DNA from: Mizuhopecten yessoensis | Taxonomy: Eukaryota | DNA length: 64,000 nt | NCBI RefSeq assembly: GCF_002113885.1 | Contig: NW_018406560.1 | Location: forward strand, 165,948-229,947 | Reading direction: 5' to 3' | Shown here: positions 39,945-52,806 of the stretch, one piece after another | How the letters are laid out: every line of letters begins with the position of its first letter | How positions within the stretch are numbered: position 1 is the stretch's first letter | The notes under the pieces: model-generated | Seen by the model: only the letters and a program-made list of their open reading frames with translations | Databases searched by the model: none | What the model was told of the DNA's origin: nothing | Made by a program: the position numbers and the translations under genes

Positions 39945-41072
39945 GTAACGCTACCCTTCTTTATACAGTATAACCTCGACGTAACGCCACCCTTCTTTAT
40001 ACAGTGTAACCTCGACGTAACACCACCCTTCTTTATACAGTATAACCTTGACGTAACGCAACCCTTCTTTATACAGTATAACCTCGACGTAACTCCACCC
40101 TTCTTTATACAGTATAACCTCGACGTAACTCCACCCTTCTTTATACAGTATAACCTCGACGTAACTCCACCCTTCTTTATACAGTATAACCTCGACGTAA
40201 CGCCACCCTTCTTTATACAGTATAACCTCGACGTAACGCCACCCTTCTTTATACAGTATAACCTCGACGTAACGCCACCCTTCTTTATACAGTATAACCT
40301 CGACGTAACGCCACCCTTCTTTATACAGTATAACCTCGACGTAACGCCACCCTTCTTTATACAGTATAACCTCGACGTAACGCCACCCTTCTTTATACAG
40401 TATAACCTCGACGTAACGCCACCCTTCTTTATACAGTATAACCTCGACGTAACGCCACCCTTCTTTATACAGTATAACCTCGACGTAACGCCACCCTTCT
40501 TTATACAGTATAACCTCGACGTAACGCCACCCTTCTTTATACAGTATAACCTCGACGTAACGCCACCCTTCTTTATACAGTATAACCTCGACGTAACGCC
40601 ACCCTTCTTTATACAGTATAACCTCGACGTAACGCCACCCTTCTTTATACAGTATAACCTCGACGTAACGCCACCCTTCTTTATACAGTATAACCTCGAC
40701 GTAACGCCACCCTTCTTTATACAGTATAACCTCGACGTAACGCCACCCTTCTTTATACAGTATAACCTCGACGTAACGCCACCCTTCTTTATACAGTATA
40801 ACCTCGACGTAACGCCACCCTTCTTTATACAGTATAACCTCGACGTAACGCCACCCTTCTTTATACAGTATAACCTCGACGTAACGCCACCCTTCTTTAT
40901 ACAGTATAACCTCGACGTAACGCCACCCTTCTTTATACAGTATAACCTCGACGTAACTCCACCCTTCTTTATACAGTGTAACCTCGACGTAACTCCACCC
41001 TTCTTTATACAGTATGACCTCGACGTAACGCCACCCTTCTTTATACAGTGTAACCTCGACGTAACGCCACCC
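39945..41072. repeat. Minisatellite, 36-bp unit TTCTTTATACAGTATAACCTCGACGTAACGCCACCC (flank + TA + transposon TIR)
   Basis: About 31 copies; the last copy is the left end of the element at 41046. Confidence 0.97.
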
Positions 41073-41914
41073 GTTGTACCGCCAAACTCACATAACGCCA
41101 TCAATTTTGTCAGAACCAGTTTCCCCACACTTACATGAATCCGTCATACGGCCAAATGCCACAATGTTTTGCCACGCTATGGGCACAGAAATTTACCTGT
41201 GTTGTTGATTTCACAGCTGAGTGAGCCCCATATGGATCAGTTATAGATGTTGTCATTACGTATACAATGTAGTACATGTGTCTTATTGATTAAAACTGGA
41301 ATACTATTCACCATTATATTACCTCGGTTTGTTATCTTTTCATTCATTTACACCATAACTTATCCAAAGAGCAAACAGGTTGTTTTGGATTTTGAAAAAA
41401 AATCAAAGATTTTACAATATTCCGATTCATATCCAAAAGTTACACGAGATGTTGCCGATACTTTCACTAGTTTGTGGGATAAACCTATTAAATGTTGCAC
41501 TTTTGGCGATATTTTGAACAACAAATCGGATGTTATTGATGATACCAACGGGACCGTAGTGTTCATCATCATGTGGACATGGAATTAGCTTGATTTATGT
41601 GGTTTAAAAACACACATTCTCAAAATATACATGTGTCTGATGAAACCTTCAACAAAATGTCTGTTACTCGCATGTGACATGATAATCGTAATACAGTACT
41701 ACAGCTAATATGAATTTGCAAACTAATTATTGTATTATAATGTTTATGAACAATAAAAATTGCATATGTATACATTCATATTAGAATTTTCATTGTTTAG
41801 GTGTCAAATATGTGCGCCTGAACAAACGTATGTACATGTACAGGTAGACCACCTGTCACTTAAGGGGACAACTCGTCATTGGACGGAAGGTGGCAGTATA
41901 GCGGGGTTATACTG
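41046..41914. mobile_element. Tc1/mariner-pogo-type non-autonomous DNA transposon (~870 bp)
   Basis: TA|CAGT(G/A)TAACCTCGACGTAACGCCACC ... GGTGGCAGTATAGCGGGGTTATACTG|TA: ~26-bp imperfect TIRs, TA on both sides, subterminal TAACGCCA repeats. Confidence 0.75.
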
Positions 41915-42330
41915 TATACGATAACAATGTAGCATTACCCTGGTACCTACCTCAATGGGATAAACATATTTATCATATGAATACCGTGTAATGCAGTGTC
42001 ATAAAGCCATCACATAAATTATGTTTATGTAACGTGTGTAATATCACTCAGGAAATGATGTCACAGTAGGAACAATCAATGTGACGTCACATCATTGTGA
42101 AGTGGACACCTTTTTATCGTTTGAGAGGCTGCCGAGCGCAAAATTTTCTTTTTTGATTTTTCTTATTTGCTCGCTAGAGGCTCGCAAACATGAAAAATCT
42201 AAAACTTATATCATAAATCAAATATGAAGGGAAACTTATGACAGATTCTCTATATATTTAGAGAAAGAATGTGATATAGTTTGTGGGAATTATGACAGAA
42301 AGAAATGGTTCTAGATATTTAAAAGATGGC

Positions 42331-42351
42331 AAAGAGAGAGAAAGAGATAGA

Positions 42352-42392
<41 letters not shown>

Positions 42393-42425
42393 CAAGAGAG
42401 GTTACCTAGACATTGCGTAAAATAT

Positions 42426-42460
<35 letters not shown>
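42331..42460. repeat. (GA)n microsatellites
   Basis: Two GA tracts. Confidence 0.95.
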
Positions 42461-42462
<2 letters not shown>

Positions 42463-42977
42463 CCTAGTAAAGCAGATCATACCCTTAATTAATGTTACTT
42501 TGTTGGCTCTTTCCAACTGAGCTGGTTTTTAGCTGTGAATGAAAGATAATTGATTTTCAATTGAGGAATATAAATGCTTTATCGATACAGCTCTGACTGC
42601 AATATTTGCCAATCAACTTTACAGCAAAATTAATTATTAACAATTAATCCTAATTTAAGTCCTTAGCAATCAATTGATGATAGAGGGAGAGTGATGTTGT
42701 TGGAATGTATCAGGCTTTAATGAAAACTGCTATGATAGCTATTGAGAGTAAATAGAATGCTATTCTGGTGATTGTTGGGTAGTTAGGAGCTGTCTGCCAC
42801 GCCGTGTGATGGTCTATTCCCATTACCTGTCCCTGATCGGTAAACACTACTTTAATGTCTCATCCAGAACCCACTGAACGGAAAGAGATTTCATTTATCA
42901 GACTGTAAAATATTGAATTGATAGGTAGGCTGAATATGTGATCTCACTGAGTTGCTACCCGGTACAAGTAACGCAGA

Positions 42978-43228
42978 ATTCTACCTGGCTCAAGTAAGAC
43001 CTGATTAATCTGAGTCAAATAAAAAACAATTCTGACTTGAGCTGAGTAAATCCTGATTCAACTTGAGCTGAGTAAATCCTGATTCTACCTGAGCTGAGTA
43101 AATCCTGATTCAACTTGAGCTGAGTAAATCCTGGTTCAACTTGAGCTGAGTAAATCATGATTCTACTTAAGTTGAGTAAAGTTAAATCAAAACTGATTAT
43201 ATTGCTGAGTTGAGTAAATCCTGATTTT
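42978..43228. repeat. Short 26-bp array CTTGAGCTGAGTAAATCCTGATTCAA
   Basis: About 5 good copies plus degenerate flanking copies. Confidence 0.9.
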
Positions 43229-45017
43229 ATTCTTATACACTGAAATATAGTTATGTCGCATGATTCTTTTGATTTAATTTACACAAAAAATGTATGATGT
43301 TCTGCTTACAGTCCAGGGATTTAGTCATACTTACAATCAGCAACAGCAAGGCGATTTATAGAACTTATTTCAGAAGCTTTTATACTTTTATTTCAGATGT
43401 TGTATAAGTTTATAATCTTTAAGTGTGTGTGTGTGATCTAGGGAAGAAAAGAAAACGAATGGAAAGGGGAATGGAAGACAAGAAGGGAGAGGGGAGAAAG
43501 AAGAGGTTTAGTAGATAGGTACACAGTCTGTTATCTGTTGATACCCTGGGGGTCGTTAAGGAGCCAGTCAGGATCTCGGCCATCTGTTACCTGGGGTGGA
43601 CTTTTAAATTTACAGGGGCATCGAAATAAATATGGATTGCAAAAACTGAATTTGACAATTAAAAGGAGACATCTGTTACACGGTAAATGAAAGTACATTG
43701 GGTTCATTTTAAAAAGAGAAAAAAATATAAAAGTATTTGTCATTGTCATTCCTGTTATGTATTGGTCAAAAGAAGTTTAGATTTAATGCAAACATGAGGA
43801 TCGGATTGAATATTGAGATTGTGTCTGGGTGTTCAGGCAAAATATGATTATATGGGCTACAACAGATGGTATCCCAATAAATATCAACCAATAGGTACAA
43901 TCTAGGGAGATTCAAATTACCCAGCACCCCACACGACCAAAGTAGGTGTACCCAAACCTTACTCCACATATATAGGGCTTAAACGGCTCAGTCATTGCCA
44001 GCTGGATCACAAGATGTTTCCACATTAACAAAACTGAAATTGTTTGTAAGTGTTTGGTAAGATGACAGATGGTGATGTCAACTTTTTAACTTTAATTTAA
44101 TAACTGTAGTATTTACGGCAGGAGCGTGTCTGTGACATCCATTGTTTTCGGATGAAACACCTGTAACGGATCATATATCCCCATTTATTATATCAAACAT
44201 TTTCCGCCACTATAAATTGAGATTTTTAAAAATGTAAAAAAACATAATTGTTCAGTCATTAAGAAAACTTTAAAATTTCTACATTAGCTCTTTCATATTT
44301 CTCTGTGCTGCAAAAATACATAATTGAGTGCACTTAATTTTTTAGTGCATTATCAAAACTAATAGCAGTTTATGGCATTGATGAAATTCTCACCTACAAT
44401 TAACATATACAATTGAGTACTATTGAAAAATATATCACCACTGAAATATGAAAGTTTGCGGTAAGATTGGCTCACTCTTATTTTGGTAGTCAAGGGTACA
44501 GTGCATCAAGATTTCAAATGAGCAAATAATGTTCCTTCAGAAAGCGCACATCTCTCTTCTCTCTGTTGTTAGTGCTGTACTTGAATTAGCAATCGAGAAA
44601 TAGCTTGAAATGAGCTAAAATAAGAAATCCACAAAGTACATTTACCTAACATTACTAATGAAAAGAGTGTCTAGCACATGTATTTGGAAATCCACGCTAA
44701 ACATAACACAAGACCAGTGTGTCTAGTTGTTTGTGGAAGTCCGTTGTTTGACTAATCACTTGATCATGATTGTAAGGAATCACTATGACTACTTTGAGAG
44801 ATATATAGGTGTTTTTTCTACATCTTACTGTACACTAAATTCAACATGTATTTGTGCAGTTGTTCTATCGTGACTTTGAGATGTCAATCATTTCTGATTA
44901 AAGTGCCCTATACGAAAGATCCTTTCAAGTCAAATGAATGTTACGGATTTACAAAAACCCTGTTATTACACCGAGCCTCGTCTACCTGTATAGACGGAGC
45001 TGATCAGATGCTACATA

Positions 45018-45108
45018 TTAACTCATTCACCCCTGAAATTTTAATATGAACTATTCCATCCCTTGAATTGGAAGAGTTCAAATGTGTCCTCAGGGGTAAA
45101 TGAGCTAA
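45018..45108 (-). mobile_element. 91-bp TTAA mini-MITE, family A
   Basis: Reverse-complement copy of 2008-2098. Confidence 0.88.
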
Positions 45109-46403
45109 TACATTGTTTTGATGGAATTAGATCTACTATCATTTTTATTTTGTCTGCAGTGACAAACTCGTGGTGTAAAGGGCCGAATGACATTGTCTCC
45201 GACAAATATGCTGATCAGGTTACCATTGTATTATACTATCAGCCAGACACACAGCTTGTGTAATAACTATTATTATTTTTTTGTAAGATTGAAAAAAAGC
45301 CATCTCCTCAAATGACTGGCTGTAATATATTGAAATCTTACATGGCAGACCTTAAAAAAAGTCATCAATATGAGATGGAAGCACTGTAATACACCGGCAG
45401 AGTTTAATCTACAGGGAGGAAGGCCCTATAGCATTGCTTCATACGAAAAGTCTGGTAATCAGATGAGCCAGGTTATTATTGTAGCTCCTCTCTGGTTTCT
45501 CTGCCGTTTACTTCATTGTCAACACATAAAGACACAAAACCGTAGGAGTCTCGCAATAGGGGTACGGAATCAATGCCTGGGGTCGGAGGTTGTACCAGCA
45601 TTCAATGTGCTAATGTTGGAGGTCATGCCGACACTTTATATAGCCCTGTTACTTACATGCATTCTGCGTGTTCCACATCCTTCTGTCAGGATGTTAAATG
45701 TGTTACATTACACCATTGAATGGTGTCTGCCCACCCCAAAGTCTCAGCCTCTCAATGGGGCTGTGTGTCGGGTGTCTGACCTTGGGGCCTGACCTTGGGA
45801 TCAGTGTGTCTGTAGGGTACAAATGGCGGTCCCGTGCAACGGAAATAGTGACAGGCAACCACAGGGGGCCCCGTCCCTGCCCACTCCCACCTCGCTCCAC
45901 ATCACAGGTAATCTTAGGTAATCACCGGGTTCGCCCTGGGTGATCTATGTGCACAGTACGTCATCCTCGCCCTACAGGTACATACAAATCTACCAAAGTC
46001 TAATTAGATTGAATTTGGTTTAAATTTCAATTTAAACTTGCCTCCAGCCCTTGTCTGGATCTTGGTATTGAATACTTGAACAAGGGGAGCTGTGGTATAT
46101 AAATTGATTTTAAGTATCTTTTTCCTTTTCACTTAACATTTGAAACTGTTATTTAAATAAAAGGATGTGTGCATGTTGTCATTGAAGTGTACCTGTCCCC
46201 GTGGGTTACATAGATGCACCTGTTGATGGAACAGCAACCTGGACAATTCCCTACTATTTATTTCTCTCTTAGGATAATTAACTCAGTCAAGATTTAGTAA
46301 GTTCTGCTCATTAAATCTGCATGAACTCTTAGACATGTCTCAGTGTGTTACCTGAACCAGGGGTATACCTGTAAAAAATACAGGTGAGCACTATTGTTAC
46401 CAG

Positions 46404-46558
46404 TGTAATAGGACAAGGAAAAGTGATAAAGATAGTGCCGTCGCTGGGCCTCGAACCCGCGACCATTGGCTCTCAAGCCTGATGCTCTACTGCTGAGCTT
46501 AAGGGAAATTCCTACAGCTGATGCTTGTAAGGCAACCTAATCAATGCACTTCTTTACA
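46404..46558 (-). mobile_element. ~155-bp TG...CA solo-LTR-like element with internal tRNA-derived Pol III promoter
   Basis: Minus strand A box AGCTCAGCAGTAGAGC and B box GGTTCGAGGCC lie inside conserved non-tRNA flanks; colinear with 62795-62951. Confidence 0.65.
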
Positions 46559-48545
46559 CCTGTATCACTTTTAGTACAGTGATTGGTATCTGTCTCCATA
46601 GGGTAGGCAGCACACGGTTGTGTGTTTTTTAGAAGTTTTATTCTAAATTAATCATCGATGCTGGTTTAAATTGTTATAACGACAGTTGACACTGAGACAC
46701 TAAATGACAATAGCATTTAACCAATAGCTGATACTTGTAAATCCTGTATCACTCTGTTAAACAAGGTCAAGGTCAGACCTTTTTGACCCTTGTGTGAGTA
46801 TAGACCCTCATAGAGACCTTTCATTTGACGGATCTGAAGTTGGATTTGATAACTCGGATGTTCCCCCGGAAATCAGTACAGTATACCTGACCCGCGGGGG
46901 CTGTCTGTCCTGGGATCCCACATACAAGTCCACTTGAACCCAATTACCAATACTCTATACTACGCCAGCTTGTAGAAGTCCCGGTAATTTACTGCTCTTT
47001 TAAACTTGAAATTACCTACTTTTGAAGTTAATGAAGAGAAAATGCATGTAATCCTCTTAATATATTTAATAAAAGATAAAGTTTAATTTAGTGTAAGCGG
47101 AAGTAAAGACATATAATTACAGTACAGTATGTATGTATGTCGTACCAGGTTGTATTAGGGAACTCTTGTGGTTGGGAGTGTTGTAAGCCCCGGAGAGGGG
47201 GTAAAGTACGATATTCAAATTTCACTTTGAACTAGTAATAGGGAAGGAACCGGTGGGATTAACGGATTGGCTTTGAACTTTATCGTTTTGTGAAGGACAA
47301 TTGAGATGCGATGATTCGTACTTCCTGATAATGAATCTCGCCCCATGCCTCGAGACTTATCTCAGCCAGGTGACAGTAGGTATAAACCTTCACAGGTAAG
47401 TAACATTTACCTGAGCCGTCAATTAAGTATAAATCTATTATAAAAAAATGTTTTTAAAAGGGCAAAAACAGAATTAAAAAATGGACAATTTAATCGATGA
47501 GTACTAGATGTTTTGAGAAACCGGCGACACAGTTAAATGATTTGAACACGCCTGATTGAGGATGTTCAAGCTTTCAGGGGCCAGACAGATGGACATTTCC
47601 TGTTTGACACCTGGGCCTACCTTGCATGGCTTAATGACAATTTGATATAGGTAATTTCAGGACATACGTATTAGTGTATCTGGATGGCCTGTCACTGGCT
47701 GTGTATTGGTTTCCTTTACCTTACAGCAAGTTATCGCTATATCATCAGACTCACCTGTGTATTTGTCTAGTCGAACTAACAGTGTATTAAAACAGCTCTT
47801 TTTATCTATTTCTATAAAGCCGGGAGATGTAATCGCATTGGCCTTACTATACAACCCCCTCCAAACAACAGTAATAAGCAGTTATGTTGTCAACCCGACC
47901 CCTACTTATTTCTATTTTTTGAAATATTACATCCTGACAGTGTTTTGTAGGGTAAGTTAGGACCCACAATCCACGAGGTGTCTGGGGCGTGTCGGGTAGG
48001 GGTCAGCCCCCTATTGTTCAGCCCCTTATTTAGGAGAGGTTTGGAGCCAGGGTCAGAGCGTTGTAGATAACTTCATTGTTGGGTTAATAATTGAATTACC
48101 CCTTAAATTAACTTTTAATTTTGGTAATTTACATATGAGTACTTGATTAGGGAAGGTCCAATTTCTCCGTGGGGTTATTACCTGTGGGATGTTCGTCTGT
48201 TACCTGTTGATCGCTTCACAGAGACAGTTATAGAGCATACACATGATCACACAGCTTCCTGAGGTGGACAGATGTGGCTTGCAATCTGCCTGCTTCATGA
48301 ACTGCTTAATCAGCAGATTACATTTATGTATATCAATTTAATGCTTTTCTTACTAAATTGATTTTTCCCCAGTGCAAAAAAAAAAGGAGTTAAATTGACC
48401 TAAACATGATGAACTTGTAAGTGCAGATATACCTACATGGTACATGTCACTTTGTACAGTTATCTTTGGAATAGTGAAATGTAGCTCCCTAGCATGTAAG
48501 TTATGGAAATTATCAATGAGCTGAGTGGACTTTTAATGAAGTTAG

Positions 48546-48711
48546 CAGTGGCGGATCCAGAGGGGTTTTTTGGGCTTCAGGAAACCCCCCCACCCTGAGA
48601 ATTTTCTTTAAAAATCATGTATTTTCACCATTTTCCTCAATTTTTTCCAACATGGAAACCCCCCCAGGAAATTTGGAAACCCCCCCAGATAGGTCTCTGG
48701 ATCCGCCACTG
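48546..48711. mobile_element. hAT-like MITE, 166 bp, with 5-bp TSD GTTAG
   Basis: Perfect 17-bp TIR CAGTGGCGGATCCAGAG; subterminal GGAAACCCCCCC repeats; GTTAG on both sides. Confidence 0.88.
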
Positions 48712-49049
48712 GTTAGTGTTTATTGGCTACCAATTACAAAGGGCAACCTTTACTTTGTTTGGCACGTGAACTTTAATCAGTTGCTGTCTGTGTGGTGACC
48801 TTTGACCTCCCTCAGCTGCTGTATCAGTTTACCCTATGACCCTTCAAACATGTTAATGTGTTGTTATAAATATGACTGTCAAATTCAATTAACATTCCTG
48901 ATAACTGGCTGAACTTCTCCCTTTGATTACACCAATGAGTTAATCAGGATGTGGTGTAATTACTAACGGTCCTGTGCCTGGGATATCATTATCATACTAA
49001 ATTAGATACGCATATCGTTATAGACACATAATCCTGAAAAGGGAAACAA

Positions 49050-49160
49050 TTTTTCGCTCACCTGCTGAAGGGCAGAGGGGCAGGGCACAATAGAGAAACT
49101 TAAGGTAAATGTTTAAAATCCTTCCCCTTTAGTTTGATTTCAGGGAATTAAACCAAATTA
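49050..49160 (+). mobile_element. HINE fragment related to the 14427 element
   Basis: TTTTTCGCTCACCTG followed by GGGCAGAGGGGCAGGGCACAATAG...AAATCCTTC, matching the 14427 core. Degenerate AAGTATCTAG...CCAGGGG repeats follow to ~49345. Confidence 0.55.
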
Positions 49161-52100
49161 TAAGTATCTAGTACCAAGGGCCTAGATTACGTACCTGCTA
49201 CCTTGACTGAGTGACTAGTTAAAGTATCTAGAACCCAGGGGTGAGCGAAAGCATCTAGTCCTAAGTGCCTAGTGTAAGTATGTATAACACCCAGGGGCTG
49301 GTGTCATTTTCTAGTATCCAGGGGTTTGTGTAAGTACCCAGGGGGTTGTGTCTGCCTAGGAAGTAGTAAGACTTGAGCATCAGGGTGGGACATCCTCTCA
49401 CAAATTAATGATAAACTCTGATTAACAACTTGACACAAGCAGAGATGGTGATACCCTCCTTAGGACTGCTCCTTTACTGGGGGCGAACGACTGGGATACC
49501 TCTCCACACCATTGATGACCCACAGATAGTGCTGCACTCTTGAAAAAAAATGGCATTAATGATATACATGTAGGTTCATCAAGATGTCGAAAATCAACCG
49601 ACCGTTCACCTCTACCAGTGCCTGTGTAGGATTTTGCCTTATTATACAATCAAGTGATGGCCTTACTTCAAGGTCATTTTGTCTGATTCTTAGGAATCCA
49701 AATAGACTGTTTTACCTTTGATCTACAAAATCCTTTTCGTCCTGTTTCTGAGAAAATAACTGAAAATATGAATGTTCACAAAATGCCTCCTATAATGTAC
49801 AGGAAATAGTCCGACAACTAAAACTTAGTCTGAACTGCCTGATACACATGTAGTGAAATATTTAGATAAAAAAATGGTGCATCCTTTCCGACAATTATTG
49901 TTACATTCTACTTGGTGTAAAGAAAACATGCCACAGACTCGGAGGTGCATGTGTCATGGCATGTTGGTCTTTGATGTTGCGGAAAAAAAGGAATCCATAC
50001 ACGATCAGATCGCATCCTCAACAAACATTCCAGCATGGGTCAGGACCGATCAATGTCACGTTAATGATGCACTGACAACACAGGATCTCAAAATATTCCA
50101 ATCATTTTGGCTGATTTAGTTAATGTGGCCAGTGCTTATCCATTATCTGATCCGCTCGACAAAATCAGGACACCAGCAACACTGGAATATTGGTGAAGAG
50201 TCGCCTGTTTCCTAACAATTATTGTCTGTACGGGTTATCCATTACTTCTCTGGACATCTAAACTACTTCTCGGACAAATAATTATGTCTCCTCTTACACT
50301 TATACAATTATCTCTTTCACTCGACTTAACTTAAAACAACTAAGCTGATGTGCTGATTTGATACAAATAATGATCTTTCCCTCTTGTACTCAGCTGCATA
50401 TAGTGGTACTTGTACTTGATATACTTTTACTTTTTGAATTTTTGACATTCTGGAAGTTAAAACCAGGTATACACGGGAAAGATGTTCCCCCCCATATTGA
50501 TAAAAAAATCTTAAAAACTGAAACTGGACACAATATTGAGTTATCTGTAAATCTTTGTGTGGTTGATTTACCTCAGTAGGAGGGGGTGATAGGTATAAAG
50601 GTTGTATATTTCTTGTTAATCCTTTTATTTCAAGCTTTTTAATTGACTTTATTACATTTCTGAACAAGATAAGACCCCTTTACCAGGGGACAGTGTCCAG
50701 TGGTATGTAGGGGCCCGTGTTATCTCAGTGTTGTTATGTTGGCTATGTTATTGTGAGACTGTTGATCTGGAGATGAGATGATTGGTGTGAGATGATCACA
50801 GTGAGGCATTAGGAGGAAATCAGTTTACATAAACAACATGTATTTGACAACAACACAGTGGCTGTATAATACTCCACACGGTTATCACTGATCAAAGTCT
50901 GTTTATATAATAACATTACAGGGCTGTATACAGTCTTCTCCCCTGGGACTCCAGTAGGAGGGGATTCTGTGTTCTAGCCTCTTCCCTCGGGAGGAGTGTT
51001 AGTAAACTGTTGAGCTGTAATGCCTTTGTGCCCAGATCTAATCCTACTCTCAGGGAATATTACACCTACCTAGAACTTCTAGGCAAAATTCTTCACCAAT
51101 TTCACACCAACAGAAAAAAGTGTATCAGAGAAGTTGGAACCCCTAGGGGTCACTGTTCATTTACTGACTCCCTCTTATCCCTTGAATACCAAGTCCCTGA
51201 GGGAGCTGTTAATTTAGAGAAAAGTAATGATGTAGACCCCCCATACATCCTTTATAGCCAGGAGTTATCAAGCTAATCTCTGAAGGGGAAAATGGTGTAG
51301 AGGAACACAGGGCTATCTAATGGCAGATCAAATGGAGGGGAGTAAGTGGATAGCCCTGTCTCCAACCTGCTACAGTGTTAAGTCTATTGTGAAAATACCA
51401 CCTAGCTTTACTTACAGTATGGTAATTAAATAGTGGGCACCCCCCACCGACACACCTCATTTGATGTGTTTAAGTGACAAATTTCTAACTTAATCCTGTC
51501 CCTTTTATAATCATCATTATACAGAAGGAAGTTTTTTACAGCTGAATTTATGGGCCGGAAGCAGATGAAATCTTAGAATTAATAGCTTTTTAGCACTGTT
51601 TCTTCTTCCACATGAAACCATTCTCACTCCCTGTTTAACCCTCAAATTAATGTGAAGGTCACTATATATATATACACCACCACCTAAAAGTTCAAGGCAC
51701 AAACAAACAGAATTGTGATACTTCATCCTGGTCTTCTTCTTTTTCATCTCATTTAAATAAAATTTTGTAATATGCAAATCCACAGGTATAGAGTGTTATA
51801 GAGGTTAAGTGTGCTTCCTGTGCTGAAAAACAGTATTTTTATGTTTAATATATACACAATGCTTAATATGTTAACTTTCACTTTGTATTTTACAGGAATG
51901 AGCCCAATTTCTGTTATGCTTAATATCATAGATAAGAAATGATAATATTAGGAAAAAGATAAAACAGGATTGATCTTTTTGTATGTAGCTGAGCAACTTG
52001 GACAGCTGAATGTATTGTTAAATTTAAAAGTAATGAAATTATCATTTCATACCGCAGTGTTTTACAATTATAAAATTTACATTTTACTTTTCTCTTCAGA

Positions 52101-52584
52101 TATTCAATCGAGATTTAACCATTAAGATATTATTTAATCTTGTCAATCAAACAAAATAGTCTAAATCTTGTTTAAATATGCATATTATGTCCCTATATAT
52201 AATGCTGATCCTATTTCAGTTTAGCAGTTTAAGAACGGTTTATTGGTTGAATGATTTGTGAGCTAGTAATGTTCAATCTAAAATCTGCTTTGGAAAATTT
52301 CCAAATATTTAAAAACATACAATAGTGACTGGGTTTTGTTTTTATGAAATTGGTATCAATTTGAACAAATTCTGAAGGACAAGTTTGGCCCAGGTCACAT
52401 GTTCGTAATAATGAAAAGTAAAGGATGCAAAACACCTCCAGAACGGTTTGTGATTTTTACTTGTTTGTCTACACGTATCGTTTGGCCTGCTATGCAGCCA
52501 TTATATTTTTGTAATTGACATAAAACTTTTTTCAACTTTTATTAATAATTTGATTGTAAGTTTTTCTCTTCTTGTTTGTTGCAG

Positions 52585-52751
52585 GCTACCACGCTGTACT
52601 GCATTGTGTTAGAGTGTGCTTCCGGGGGGAATTTACTAGCTTATATCAAAACGTTTAAGGATTTTCTTCTTCCGGAGGAACGTGCTCGTCCGTATCTTCG
52701 TCAGTTAGTGTCTGCTGTCCATTACTTACATGAGAAAGGCGTGGCTCACAG
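52585..52751 (+). CDS. Next coding exon of the same kinase, subdomains V-VIa up to the HR of HRD
   Basis: Acceptor tttttctcttcttgtttgttgcag| and donor |gtaagt; 167 nt, phase 0/2. Translates ATTLYCIVLECASGGNLLAYIKTFKDFLLPEERARPYLRQLVSAVHYLHEKGVAH(R), continuing in frame from YETLK. Absent from the ORF track. Confidence 0.95.
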
Positions 52752-52806
52752 GTAAGTCAGCATGTTATATTTCTCCTCTCATCTTTGTTACAGGTATGTG
52801 ACGCAT

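Larger units (their letters stand above)
8636..52584 (+). other. 43.9-kb GT-AG phase-0 intron of the kinase gene
   Basis: The flanking exons join with no missing kinase residues (LYETLK|ATTLYCIVLE). Confidence 0.85.

Noticed and set aside
1-41072. CRISPR-like appearance of the 28-37 bp repeats
   Set aside because: Units are head-to-tail without unique spacers, there are no cas genes, and the context is a eukaryotic intron.
39941-41128. 395-aa ORF (GGVTSRLYCIKK)n
   Set aside because: Antisense reading of the TIR-derived array.
41247-41588. Transposase ORF inside the Tc1/pogo-like element
   Set aside because: I could not recognise HTH or DDE motifs in the frames I read.
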